64,000 nt of DNA, from assembly GCA_052033505.1 (NCBI GenBank), contig JBPOJN010000002.1:7769-71768 (forward strand), in the 5' to 3' direction. Under the pieces are notes generated by a model that saw only the letters and a list, made by a program, of their open reading frames with translations, was not told where the DNA came from and made no database searches. This stretch comes from Myxococcota bacterium (GTDB lineage Bacteria; UBA10199; JACPAL01; GCA-016699445). Shown one piece after another: positions 19,670 through 28,766 of this stretch (position 1 is its first letter; every line of letters starts with the position of its first letter). Position numbers and translations under genes: made by a program.

Positions 19670-20046
19670 CTCAAGTGAAAAACATCCCCCATCCGCAAAA
19701 CGTAAATGGTTCTGTACGCCCTTCTTTTTGATAAAGAAAAGAACAATCTGTGGATAACTTGAAAAAAATCCCTTAAAAATTAATATGTTGCGTCATTTTC
19801 GCGGATAAGTTTTGTGTCTATAAGTTGTGGATGGTGTGGGGATGGATTGTGAAAAATCTTTTATTTTCAGCGAATTGAAAAGATTGCCGGTGCGTGTCAT
19901 TTTACGCGGGAAAAATTCAGATTTGCGGCATGCTTCCGTCAGTGATTCCGAATTCATTCCTTCACGCCTGCTTTAATTCTAGGTCCTGCGCTTCCCTTTT
20001 GTTATCATTCCCGTTTCACGCATCATCATCTTCGGGGGAAGATCTT

Positions 20047-20778
20047 ATGAAAAAAATCGGATTTCTGTTTCTAGGAATGCTCGCGGTCTTCACCGCATGC
20101 GATAGCAGTTCCACCGTTTCCGAAAACACGTTTGAAGTGCAAGGCTCCGACGGCACGGAAGCCGCGGCTGCTCTGATCCAAGGGGAATTCAAATCCTTGG
20201 GCAGTCCCAGCGAGCTGACGTTAAACGTTTACGCCTCTTGGCTTAGTACCAATGAAGATTGCTCCGATCCAATCCTGATCGAAGATAATGGAACCACGCC
20301 GACGCCTTATGATTTGACGGCGCAGCCGACTCTTTTTGCTGGATCCCCTCCGGACGGCACTTATCCCTGTTTTATTTTGAAGATCAGTGACCAAATCACG
20401 TTCACGGGCGACGCCGCGGCCATCGCGGATAATCCGGCCTGCGTGGACACGTTGACCCCGCACACGATGGACGTCTATCGCGAAGACGTGCCTGCGGAGT
20501 CTTTGTACCTGGACATGGAAGGCAACCCCGTCCCCGCGCGCGGCACGCGCGAAGCTCCGGTCGACGATACGATCTATCTCTTCGCTACGACGAACCCGGC
20601 GGCTTACGTCGCGGCGAGCGGATCGGCGGGCGACGAAGCGACGACCATCCCCGCGTCCATCGAAGTCCCCGGGTCGGTGCGGGTCGTTTTCAATTTCCAA
20701 GACATGATCACGACGAGCAACGACAACGGCGGCCCCGATTTCTGCTGGGCGGAAGGTCCCGAAATTTCCTTCGAATGA
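20047..20778 (+). CDS. Lipoprotein of unknown function.
   Basis: The ORF-track ORF begins at 19894, but the plausible start is the ATG at 20047 (MKKIGFLFLGMLAVFTACDSS: signal peptide plus lipobox), preceded by ggggga. Composition is acidic and Thr/Ala-rich. Confidence 0.6.
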   Translation: MKKIGFLFLGMLAVFTACDSSSTVSENTFEVQGSDGTEAAAALIQGEFKSLGSPSELTLNVYASWLSTNEDCSDPILIEDNGTTPTPYDLTAQPTLFAGSPPDGTYPCFILKISDQITFTGDAAAIADNPACVDTLTPHTMDVYREDVPAESLYLDMEGNPVPARGTREAPVDDTIYLFATTNPAAYVAASGSAGDEATTIPASIEVPGSVRVVFNFQDMITTSNDNGGPDFCWAEGPEISFE

Positions 20779-20855
20779 TTTTTAACTCCGTCAGGGGACG
20801 AAAAAGAGCTTGAAGCCCGCGTGATCGTTCCGGTAGGGAGAGCCACTCTCTTTTC

Positions 20856-20928
20856 GCTCCCATCGTCTAGTGGCCTAGGACGGAGCCCTCTCACGGCTTA
20901 AACACCGGTTCGAATCCGGTTGGGAGCA
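20856..20928 (+). tRNA. tRNA-Glu (anticodon CUC).
   Basis: GCTCCCATCGTCTAGTGGCCTAGGACGGAGCCCTCTCACGGCTTAAACACCGGTTCGAATCCGGTTGGGAGCA folds as a cloverleaf. The 7-bp acceptor stem is GCTCCCA/TGGGAGC. The D-arm GTCTAGTGGCCTAGGAC is typical of tRNA-Glu. The anticodon loop is CTCTCAC (anticodon CTC). The TΨC arm is CCGGTTCGAATCCGG. The discriminator is A, and CCA is not encoded. Confidence 0.9.
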
Positions 20929-20936
20929 CAAAAATC

Positions 20937-20960
20937 GTCCCGCTGGCTGGGCGGTTTTTC
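20937..20960 (+). terminator. Possible weak intrinsic terminator downstream of tRNA-Glu.
   Basis: tCCCGCtggctggGCGGttttt: a short 4-5 bp GC stem with a 7-nt loop, followed by a T5 run. Confidence 0.3.
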
Positions 20961-21017
20961 CTCCATCACCAACCCAGTGGGGTGTAACTTTAATTCCGTA
21001 AACGAGAGGTGCTTAAC

Positions 21018-21317
21018 GTGAAAAAAATAAACTTTCTCCTGCTCCTAATATTCGTCTTTGGCATGGCCGGTTGCGGTAGCGGTACCAAATGTTCCGACTG
21101 GTCTGCGGACACCACGGGTGCGTCGTGGGGGAATTGTTCCGACAAATCCCAGCGTGCGATCGAGTGTAAAACTTCCGATCCAGGAAAATACGCCTGTGAC
21201 TGTCGGAAAAATGACACGGTCGAGCGTCACTTCGAACGCACGGACATCATCGCTGGGGATAAAGCGGCGACGGCGAAAATCGCCAACGACGCGTGCGGCT
21301 GGGATATCGTTCCATGA
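21018..21317 (+). CDS. Small Cys-rich secreted lipoprotein (about 100 aa).
   Basis: GTG start at 21018 (or 21009), preceded by gagagg. The product begins VKKINFLLLLIFVFGMAGCGSG (signal peptide plus lipobox). The mature part carries 6 Cys (…KCSDW…NCSD…AIECK…YACDCRKN…DACGWD). Confidence 0.6.
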   Translation: MKKINFLLLLIFVFGMAGCGSGTKCSDWSADTTGASWGNCSDKSQRAIECKTSDPGKYACDCRKNDTVERHFERTDIIAGDKAATAKIANDACGWDIVP

Positions 21318-21425
21318 TCGCCGCCGAAGTCCGCATCACGCAGGAAGGGATTCCCGAAATGATCCCGGTCGAGGCCGAAATCTCGGATTAGCGAAAAGTC
21401 TAAACTGTACTAAGCCTCAAGACCC

Positions 21426-22544
21426 ATGACAAAAATCTCCGACGATCTTTATTTCCACGCCTTCTTGCGTTTCATCACAAAAAACGACGCGAAGACCGGT
21501 GAGCCGCTACTGTGGTTGAAAGACAAGAAGAGACCAAAACAACTTGTGGAAGCCATCCTCTCCGCGCCGCTTTTTGAAGGTATCAAAGTCGGTCGTGACG
21601 GGGATGATGAATTCGCTCCGGTTACTTTGAAGAATGCTGCGGGTTTAGTGGCGAAGGGTCGTGACGTCTTCGTCGAGCTTAAAAATGAGGATGCCACTGA
21701 TGTGGATCTCTTCGTCGGTATTCATCTCGACGACGGCATCTCCGAATTTCGATTCATCGCGCAGCGAGCCGAGCTTATCCGCCATCAGGAGACCGCGATC
21801 TGCGACATCATTGCGGTGGTCCGGGGATGCTGGAAGGCGATGAAGGACGTCGCGGGACTCGACGTCGGCCACGTCCTGTTTCAGTTCATGCGGAAACCGT
21901 TCGACTACCTGCGCTCGCGTCCGCCACGGCAGAGTCTTATTTATCCCGATCCGTCACTTGTGACTTTCATCGATCCTGCGTTCCATGCCTCCGGCGCCGC
22001 TTTCGCGCGCCCGGGCGATCCTAAAACTCTCACAATTCCGCCTCCGCCGTCGCCCGCAGAGATGACCGAAGAAGACGGGCTGGTGACCGTGCGTTGGGCC
22101 CGCAGTTTAAGCGACGACGATCTCATCGCCGCCGCGGGAGGCCATAACCTGTGGATCACCGACCGCATCGAGACGGATCTCGTGTCCGGTTTCAACGAAG
22201 TCGGCGACGCGCGTTACTACGCGGGCAAGGGCGCGCCGAAAACGCCGCTCACGCTTTATTTTCCCGAAACCCGGACCGGTTTTAAAGCCGTTCTGGTGCT
22301 CCCCGACGGATCGGTGGAAGAAAGCGCATGGAAGGAAGCCAAAAAAATCATGCAGGAGAAAGTCTTGCCCGACGGCACTCCGGTCGATCGCGTGTGCTTG
22401 GTCGTGCCCTTGCGCGAACACGTTTTCCAGATCGCCGAACGGGCGAAGCACGAGGGTTTCGCCGCGATCCTCTATCCAGACGATAATGGCCGATTTTGGA
22501 ACGTCGATCCGCCCGGCCTCTGGCGCGGGGAGATTAAAAAGTAA
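21426..22544 (+). CDS. Hypothetical protein (372 aa), apparently in an operon immediately upstream of dinB (6-nt gap).
   Basis: Long ORF with coding-like codon usage, no signal peptide and no recognisable motif. Its stop lies 6 nt before the dinB ATG. Confidence 0.6.
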   Translation: MTKISDDLYFHAFLRFITKNDAKTGEPLLWLKDKKRPKQLVEAILSAPLFEGIKVGRDGDDEFAPVTLKNAAGLVAKGRDVFVELKNEDATDVDLFVGIHLDDGISEFRFIAQRAELIRHQETAICDIIAVVRGCWKAMKDVAGLDVGHVLFQFMRKPFDYLRSRPPRQSLIYPDPSLVTFIDPAFHASGAAFARPGDPKTLTIPPPPSPAEMTEEDGLVTVRWARSLSDDDLIAAAGGHNLWITDRIETDLVSGFNEVGDARYYAGKGAPKTPLTLYFPETRTGFKAVLVLPDGSVEESAWKEAKKIMQEKVLPDGTPVDRVCLVVPLREHVFQIAERAKHEGFAAILYPDDNGRFWNVDPPGLWRGEIKK

Positions 22545-22550
22545 GACATT

Positions 22551-23756
22551 ATGTCCCTTCTTCACTGGCTCTTCGTCGACCTCAATTCCTACTTCGCTTC
22601 CGTCGAGCAACAGCTCCAACCCAAATTGCGCGGCAAGCCCGTCGGCGTTGTGCCTCTCATGGCGGACACGACTTGTTGCATCGCCGCGAGCTACGAAGCC
22701 AAAAAGTTCGGAGTCAAAACCGGTACGATGGTCGCTGAGGCGAAACGGCTGTGTCCCGACATCCGCCTCGTCGAAGCGCGACACGAAAAATACGTGAAAT
22801 ACCACGAAGCGATCGTCGTCGCGGTGGAATCCTGCCTGCCGGTCACCGCCGTGATGTCGATCGACGAGATGGCGTGCCGTCTCACGGGCCGCGATCAAAA
22901 AATTGAGAATGCCCTCGCGCTCGGCAGACAAGTGAAAGATCGGATTTTGGAAGTGGGGGATCAATTGCGCTCGTCGGTCGGACTCGCGACGAATCGCATG
23001 CTCGCGAAGGTCGCTTCCAACATGCAAAAACCCGACGGTCTCACTGCCGTCATGCTCGAAGATTTACCGCGCGTGTTATTGCCCCTGAAGATCTCCGATT
23101 TCCCCGGCATCGGCCCGCGCATGGGCGAACGTTTGAAAGAGCGGAATGTGCGCACGACCGCAGACTTGCTCGCCCTTGATGAAATGCAGATGCGCACCAT
23201 CTGGGGCGGCATCGGCGGCGAGCGGTATTATCGCTGGCTGCGCGGAGAAGATTTAGAGATCACGACGGCGCACAATCAGTCGGTGGGCCACTCCCACGTC
23301 CTGCCGCCTGAGCTTCGTAATACCAAAGGCGCGCATGCGGTCGCGCTGAGGCTTCTGCAAAAAGCCGCGGTGCGTTTACGTAAGATGGACTGCTGGGCGA
23401 CGCGCTTGAATCTTTCGCTCTCTTATATGGGCCGCGGGATACATTGGTCCAAAGACGCGAAGATGCTCGAGTGCCAGGATACGCTCACGTTACAGGAAGG
23501 TTTGACCCGTCTCTGGGAGAAACGCGCCGAAGGAAAAATCCTGAAAGTCGCCGTGACATTATCCGGACTCGTGCCCGACCAGCATCGGTCGTTTTCGTTT
23601 TTCGACCAACCGAAACGCGTGAGTTTGAGCCGCGCGATGGACGCCGTGAACGCGAAGTACGGCCGCAACGCGGTCTATCTTGGTAGCGTTGCCGAAGTGC
23701 TGACCTCGGCCCCGACGCGGATCGCTTTCTCGAGCATTCCGGATGTTACGATTTGA
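22551..23756 (+). CDS. dinB: DNA polymerase IV (Y-family translesion polymerase).
   Basis: The N-terminus HWLFVDLNSYFASVEQQLQPKLRGKPVGVV matches the Y-family palm/finger signature (DxDxFFASVE-like; the catalytic D…SxE context is present). The downstream segment …MSIDEMACRLTG…ATNRMLAKVASNMQKPDGLT… is also characteristic. Length is 401 aa. Confidence 0.9.
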   Translation: MSLLHWLFVDLNSYFASVEQQLQPKLRGKPVGVVPLMADTTCCIAASYEAKKFGVKTGTMVAEAKRLCPDIRLVEARHEKYVKYHEAIVVAVESCLPVTAVMSIDEMACRLTGRDQKIENALALGRQVKDRILEVGDQLRSSVGLATNRMLAKVASNMQKPDGLTAVMLEDLPRVLLPLKISDFPGIGPRMGERLKERNVRTTADLLALDEMQMRTIWGGIGGERYYRWLRGEDLEITTAHNQSVGHSHVLPPELRNTKGAHAVALRLLQKAAVRLRKMDCWATRLNLSLSYMGRGIHWSKDAKMLECQDTLTLQEGLTRLWEKRAEGKILKVAVTLSGLVPDQHRSFSFFDQPKRVSLSRAMDAVNAKYGRNAVYLGSVAEVLTSAPTRIAFSSIPDVTI

Positions 23757-23825
23757 CGCTCCTCGTCTTTAAAAAAACAAAAATCATTAGGCCCTCCGAG
23801 ACCGCGTCCGTATAATTGAGCGAGG

Positions 23826-24443
23826 ATGGCAGACGCGAAGTCACCTCTCAATTTGACCACGCTTTCCGAATATTTCCGAGGACTCATTCACGAGGCCTTG
23901 GATCATCGGAAGCGGAGCCGTTCGATTCAAACTCCGGAGGCCGTGGAATTTTATCTGGTCAATCTTCTCCAAGGTTGCCTCTCTACGGAAGCCCTCTATC
24001 CCTCGCCTCCGGAAGGTTTCAAAGAAGAACCCTTGGCTCTTTTGTTTTTGAAGGCATCTCAATCGCGGGACGACGTGCGGGTCGCGTTACTGCGGAGGTT
24101 GGGGGATTTCTCGCTCTTCATCTCCGGTTTTTTCCCGGCGAGCTTGGGCCGGCGGTTGGTGGACGTGGATTACTACATCCAGATGGGTGAGACGGCGTAC
24201 GGAAACCTATCGCAAATCCTGGTGCGGCGTGCGGCCTTGCGGGAGATCTTCACCGAATTGGCCCGGCGGTTCGTTGTTTACGCCGACATCCTATCCGAAG
24301 TCAGTGAGAGGAGCCGCATGCAAAATCACACCGATCTCTTGCGGCTTTACGAACATTGGCTGAAAACGGGTAGCGAACGTACCGCGAAGCTTCTCTCTGA
24401 TGCGGGGATCCTTCCGGTCAAAACGCCCCATTCACCGAATTGA
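23826..24443 (+). CDS. Hypothetical protein (205 aa), downstream of dinB.
   Basis: ORF begins 70 nt after dinB on the same strand. No motif recognised. Confidence 0.5.
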   Translation: MADAKSPLNLTTLSEYFRGLIHEALDHRKRSRSIQTPEAVEFYLVNLLQGCLSTEALYPSPPEGFKEEPLALLFLKASQSRDDVRVALLRRLGDFSLFISGFFPASLGRRLVDVDYYIQMGETAYGNLSQILVRRAALREIFTELARRFVVYADILSEVSERSRMQNHTDLLRLYEHWLKTGSERTAKLLSDAGILPVKTPHSPN

Positions 24444-24530
24444 AATTTCTGCTTCAGTTTGGAGCCGGCCTTCATCGAGCTTTATTTTCTGCGAAGACGT
24501 CCGGTGTGGACTTGAGGGACTCTGGAATGA

Positions 24531-25898
24531 TCAGCGAAAGCCTTCGGGTTGCAGCAGAGACTGAAGGGCTCTGTGGACGCCTGCAAAATGCCGTTCTCGG
24601 ACGGCCCCGAAAATGTTTCTCATTAAACTTCCATCGTCCTGGGTCACGAAGCGTTCCGGAACATAATGGTCGGAGTATTCGTCGGGATTTCCCAGATAAT
24701 GCAGATACTCATGGGGAAAACGGCGTTCCGCATCGTCGATGCTGATTTGATGCGTGGAAGGGCGAATGACGTGGCAAGAGCCCGGCGTCAGTGGGCGACA
24801 AGCCTCCGTCGTATCGCGGTAGAACTGGACTGGAATCCCGTCATCCGTGAATGAAACGCTGAAATTGATGTGAGAGGCATTGCCGAGAGGTTCTTGAAGG
24901 ATACTGGTCAGGCCATTTTGCATGGAGGTGACGGGTATGTCGACGAAGGCCTCGGCAAAGTAGATAGGTTTGATCCGTACGTTTACGAATGTTCCGTGTT
25001 CCCGAAAATAATTAATATAATATTCATGCCAACTGACGAGCTCCCGGCTCGATCCGTTCAAGTGGAAGACTGAGGTATAGACTCGAGATTGTCCGAACTG
25101 GGTCTCCGCATTTTTCCGAAATAAAGTGAAGAGTGCTTCACCCTGATCGCTTCGTAAGGTCAGCGACATATTCGCATCGTTGCAAGAAAAGCCGCCACCG
25201 TCGGCTCTGGATACCTCTCCGCGGCCATTGATGCTTCCGGCGGGCATCTTGCGCTCGTCGAAAATTAACCCGTTTCGGATCTGATATTGCCGCGCTTGTA
25301 CCTCGCCGCACAACATCTGACCGCTCTCCGGAAACGAGTCATACACGTTGTATCCGCCGTCTTCGAAGCGCGCCGCTAATCCTTTTAGCTGCGTCACGTC
25401 TCCGGCGATGAATCGTCCCTCGTCCCACAAAACCAATGTGCCACTGAAGAATGCATATCCTACCGGATCATCCTCCGGATTTTCGCGGAGGAATCCGTAT
25501 TGGATGGTATAGCTTTTTCCTTTGTAGGCCACTTTCCCGGAAGTCACCGGTGCGTCGCGGTAGTAATTGAACATACGGTCCACATTCGGAGCCGATAAAA
25601 CGTAACCGTCTTGAAAAATGGCATACGTCGTATCGCTTTTGCCACGATCCGGGTTGCAGAATCCGTCCGCATTCGTGGTGCAAGGGATTCCGTCGATCAC
25701 CGTTTTATATCCCGAGCCCATCAAGGGGACGACGCCCATATTCTTACCGGCTTGTTGATTGGATATGCGCGATGTGAGCGGGGCGTAGACGTCTTTGAGA
25801 TCGTTTCGAGGTTTCGTTTTTTGCGGACAATTCGACAAAGCGGTAAAAGCGAAGAGGCTTGTGGCGAAGGAGGCTGGAAGCCTGCGAAGAACGCTCAT
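24531..25898 (-). CDS. Secreted protein with a C-terminal HExxH motif (putative zinc metallopeptidase).
   Basis: The N-terminal signal peptide is MSVLRRLPASFATSLFAFTALSNC. The C-terminal region contains FPHEYLHYLGNPDEY (HExxHxxGxxD/E), reminiscent of zincin ligands. The assignment is tentative. Confidence 0.5.
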   Translation of the reverse strand: MSVLRRLPASFATSLFAFTALSNCPQKTKPRNDLKDVYAPLTSRISNQQAGKNMGVVPLMGSGYKTVIDGIPCTTNADGFCNPDRGKSDTTYAIFQDGYVLSAPNVDRMFNYYRDAPVTSGKVAYKGKSYTIQYGFLRENPEDDPVGYAFFSGTLVLWDEGRFIAGDVTQLKGLAARFEDGGYNVYDSFPESGQMLCGEVQARQYQIRNGLIFDERKMPAGSINGRGEVSRADGGGFSCNDANMSLTLRSDQGEALFTLFRKNAETQFGQSRVYTSVFHLNGSSRELVSWHEYYINYFREHGTFVNVRIKPIYFAEAFVDIPVTSMQNGLTSILQEPLGNASHINFSVSFTDDGIPVQFYRDTTEACRPLTPGSCHVIRPSTHQISIDDAERRFPHEYLHYLGNPDEYSDHYVPERFVTQDDGSLMRNIFGAVRERHFAGVHRALQSLLQPEGFR

Positions 25899-26000
25899 GA
25901 CGGCTCCTATCTATCCCCTGAAGTAAAGGATCGGTGCCAGCACGGAGAAGTTGTTTCTATTTTCTATTATCTCTCGACGCTCCGCGGCTTGAGTGCAATT

Positions 26001-26546
26001 TCAAGGAATGACCGCGGCCTGGCTTTCGACGGTTTTCTTCAGATTCGCCAGGCCTTTCTCGAACTCCCCACCGATCATTTTATCGCAATTCATGAAGATC
26101 CCGAAAAACCGGAAAAGGAAATTTTGCTGACCGCTCACACTCCAAGTGACTTTGGTGCCTTCGGGGACTGGGGTTAACGAGATTTCGGCGATCTGGGACA
26201 TGTGGAAGGGTCTTGTATAGGTCAGCTGCGTTTTGGTCGACCGGTTCGGAATGCTTTCGATGACTAGGGCCTCGCCCGTGCCCATTTGGCCATTGCTGTC
26301 CCAGCTGGATTTGGAGCCCACGCCTTCTTCGGGACCGGAGTAGTTCATCACGACGTTCGGATCGGACTCGCGCCACGGCATCCAGTCGTTGGCCTTCTTC
26401 GAATTATTGATGTGGGGAAAGATCGCTTCGGGAGAGGCGTTGATGACGATATCGCGGGCGACAAACATATCAGGTGATTTCGTGGCGGCATACAGGGCCA
26501 AGGCTCCAAGAATGAGAGCGATGCCGATCCCTATTTTTTTAAACAT
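26001..26546 (-). CDS. SRPBCC (START/Bet v1-like, polyketide cyclase-like) family protein with an N-terminal signal/anchor.
   Basis: The likely start is the internal ATG at 26546 (MFKKIGIGIALILGALALYAA…), preceded by gaggga. The ORF-track ORF extends further upstream to 26648. The pattern (…INASPEAIFPHINNSKKANDWMPW…TKVTWS…) resembles the SRPBCC superfamily. Confidence 0.55.
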   Translation of the reverse strand: MFKKIGIGIALILGALALYAATKSPDMFVARDIVINASPEAIFPHINNSKKANDWMPWRESDPNVVMNYSGPEEGVGSKSSWDSNGQMGTGEALVIESIPNRSTKTQLTYTRPFHMSQIAEISLTPVPEGTKVTWSVSGQQNFLFRFFGIFMNCDKMIGGEFEKGLANLKKTVESQAAVIP

Positions 26547-26784
26547 AAGTGTTTCCCTCGTTTCATCTCTCTTGCGGCTACGTGCGGCGGCGATTTTTTG
26601 CAATCCGAAAAATGGATGGGGTCGTCCGGGTTTCGAACTGGTTCGCATATATCGAGCAATATCCTCTCATTATTTCATGGCCCGCCATTTGCTTTGATTG
26701 TGAAAGCTTTGCGGGGCACCATGTATTTGCAGCTTAGACAGGAATTCCTTCTTGACCATGACCCCTTTAAAGGGGACACTCGCT

Positions 26785-27102
26785 ATGGGCATTAAAGTTG
26801 TTTATTACGAAACCGCCCGCGGCGACCACCCGGTGAAGGATTATATCGAAGATCTCCCTGATCGCGAGCGGGCTAAAGTGGTGGCTTTGGTCGATTATTT
26901 GTCCGAAAAAGTCGTGCTTCATGAGCCTCAGGCCAAGAAGTTGTCGGGTTATCCCGGTCTTTGCGAATTGAGGCCCGGAAGCCATCGGGTCTTTTATTGT
27001 TATCATGAGGGTAAGGTGGTGCTGCTTCACGCTTTTCGTAAAAAATCCAATAAGACGCCTATTAGAGAATTAGAGACGGCCTTTTACCGGATGAAGGAAT
27101 AA
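26785..27102 (+). CDS. Type II toxin, RelE/ParE superfamily, phage Gp49/HigB-like (COG4679-type).
   Basis: KVVYYETARGDHPVKDYIEDLPDRERAKVVALVDYLSEK…LSGYPGLCELRPGSHRVFYCYHEGKVVLLHAFRKKSNKTPIRELETAFYRMKEY closely fits the HigB/Gp49 toxin consensus (…GLYELR…RVLYF…IVLLHGFxKKTQKTP…E). The start is taken at the internal ATG 26785; the ORF-track start is 26752. Confidence 0.8.
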   Translation: MGIKVVYYETARGDHPVKDYIEDLPDRERAKVVALVDYLSEKVVLHEPQAKKLSGYPGLCELRPGSHRVFYCYHEGKVVLLHAFRKKSNKTPIRELETAFYRMKE

Positions 27103-27116
27103 GAGGAGGACGCGTC

Positions 27117-27401
27117 ATGAAAACGGGAGGCGATTTTCATAAGGACTTGGAGAAAGACCTCAAAAAAACGAAGTTCGAGGTTTACTTTAAAAAAGAAAAG
27201 GAACGCCTCCGGCTGGCGGAGAGACTACGCGGTGCTATGACCAAATCGCATTTATCTGTCCGAAAGGTGGCAAGCCTCATGGGGACCAGCAAGTCTCAAG
27301 TGGAACGCATGATAAGCGATCCTCAGGCGAATATCGGAATCGATACTCTGATCAAGTTCGCGTCGGTCGTGGGGAAGCGGGTTGAGATTAGTTTAAGGTA
27401 G
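27117..27401 (+). CDS. HTH XRE-family antitoxin (HigA-like), partner of the upstream toxin.
   Basis: 94 aa, starting 14 nt after the toxin stop. Contains the HTH LSVRKVASLMGTSKSQVERMISD and the …IDTLIKFASVVGKRVEISL C-terminus typical of antitoxins partnered with Gp49-like toxins. Confidence 0.8.
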   Translation: MKTGGDFHKDLEKDLKKTKFEVYFKKEKERLRLAERLRGAMTKSHLSVRKVASLMGTSKSQVERMISDPQANIGIDTLIKFASVVGKRVEISLR

Positions 27402-27530
27402 TACCGCGGCACAACCGGCGCTGTAGGCTGCGGGTTGACGTATTGCAGTGAGAGCGGCGACCGTGGCGTGGGGAGTTTGCGAAGTCCGTTCGTTCAATTC
27501 GGCAAGATCTCCGGAGGCAGGATGCCTTTT

Positions 27531-28766
27531 TCAATATAGATCCGCCACCGTGCCTCCCGCCTGAGACGGTTTCAAAAAGCGCACGAGATAAATGCAGCCT
27601 AAAGCTCCCGCCACGGAGAGATATCCGATCCAGTTGAATCGCAGGATTTCGCCGGTGGGCGCCTGAAGCATGATGCGGCCGCCCAGATAGGCCGCGATGC
27701 CGGAGGAGAATTGTTGCACCGACGCGTTCAAGCTCATGAAGCCGCCGCGGTAACGTGGTTCGATGCTGCCGACCATCAGCGCCATCGCGGGCACCATGCG
27801 GCCGGACATGCAGATCATGAAAAATGACGTCACGGCGATTGCGGGAACCAGCGGGACGCGCGGGAGATGCGTCAGTCCCAAGATCGCCACGACCGCGATC
27901 GCCGACACCCAATCGAAGACGAGACGCTTGCCCGCGCGGTCGGCCCAACGGCCGATGAGGTTCATGCTGAAAATCGTAAACGATCCACCCGCGAGATAGA
28001 TGAGAGGCAGTTGTTTTTCGGTGAAGCCGACGTTCGCGACCATGTAATTGCTGATGTAAGGAAAGATCAAAAATCCCGTCGTGGTCATCACAGCCATGAA
28101 GAGAAAAGCCATGCGATGATCTGGATGCAGCAGTACGGTCAGCATGCGTTTGATCGTGTGCTCTTCAGAAACGTGCTTCAAGTGTCCTCGCAGTGAGGGT
28201 AGTATTTTTAAGACCGCGATCCAGACAAGCGCGCTTAGAAACGCCAGGCCGAAAAAAGGAACGTGCCAGCTCAAACGTGACGCGAGCATAAGACCGATCG
28301 GCACTCCGCAAATCGAGGCCACGGAAAAAGACGACATCACCACCCCCATGGCCGCCCCACGCCGTTCTTCAGGCACGACGTCGCCGACGATCGCCAAGAT
28401 CAACGCGCCTGCGACGCCGCCGAACGCACCGGCAACGACGCGCGCCGCGACGAGCAAGGGATAGGTCGGCGCGAGCGCGCACAAAAACGTACCCACGATG
28501 AAGCCAAAATACAGCCAGATCAACGCCGGCCGCCGATCGATGCGATCCAAAAAAAGCCCGGCGGCGACGCCCGAGATTCCCGCGCTGACAGCGTAGGCGG
28601 AAACGATCAACCCGAATTGCGAAGGCAAGATGTGGAATACCCTCATGTATTGCGGACCGAGCGGCATGATGATCAGGAAATCCACGATGACCGTGAATTG
28701 GATCGCGGCGATGAGAATCAAGAGCCAGCGTTCGTGAAGAGCCGCATGAGCGTGAATTTTATTCAT
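27531..28766 (-). CDS. MFS transporter.
   Basis: 411 aa with about 12 hydrophobic helices. The loop 2-3 motif is GLFLDRIDRRPAL. Confidence 0.8.
   Translation of the reverse strand: MNKIHAHAALHERWLLILIAAIQFTVIVDFLIIMPLGPQYMRVFHILPSQFGLIVSAYAVSAGISGVAAGLFLDRIDRRPALIWLYFGFIVGTFLCALAPTYPLLVAARVVAGAFGGVAGALILAIVGDVVPEERRGAAMGVVMSSFSVASICGVPIGLMLASRLSWHVPFFGLAFLSALVWIAVLKILPSLRGHLKHVSEEHTIKRMLTVLLHPDHRMAFLFMAVMTTTGFLIFPYISNYMVANVGFTEKQLPLIYLAGGSFTIFSMNLIGRWADRAGKRLVFDWVSAIAVVAILGLTHLPRVPLVPAIAVTSFFMICMSGRMVPAMALMVGSIEPRYRGGFMSLNASVQQFSSGIAAYLGGRIMLQAPTGEILRFNWIGYLSVAGALGCIYLVRFLKPSQAGGTVADLY

Noticed and set aside
19740-19860. Chromosomal replication origin (oriC).
   Set aside because: There is only one perfect DnaA box, no dnaA/dnaN/gyrB neighbours and no AT-rich DUE next to the boxes. 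It is retained only as a low-interest finding.
22107-23027. 306-aa ORF antisense to the 372-aa gene and dinB.
   Set aside because: It overlaps two well-supported + strand genes (dinB is unambiguous), and its product is Arg/Asp-rich with no motif. This is a frame shadow.
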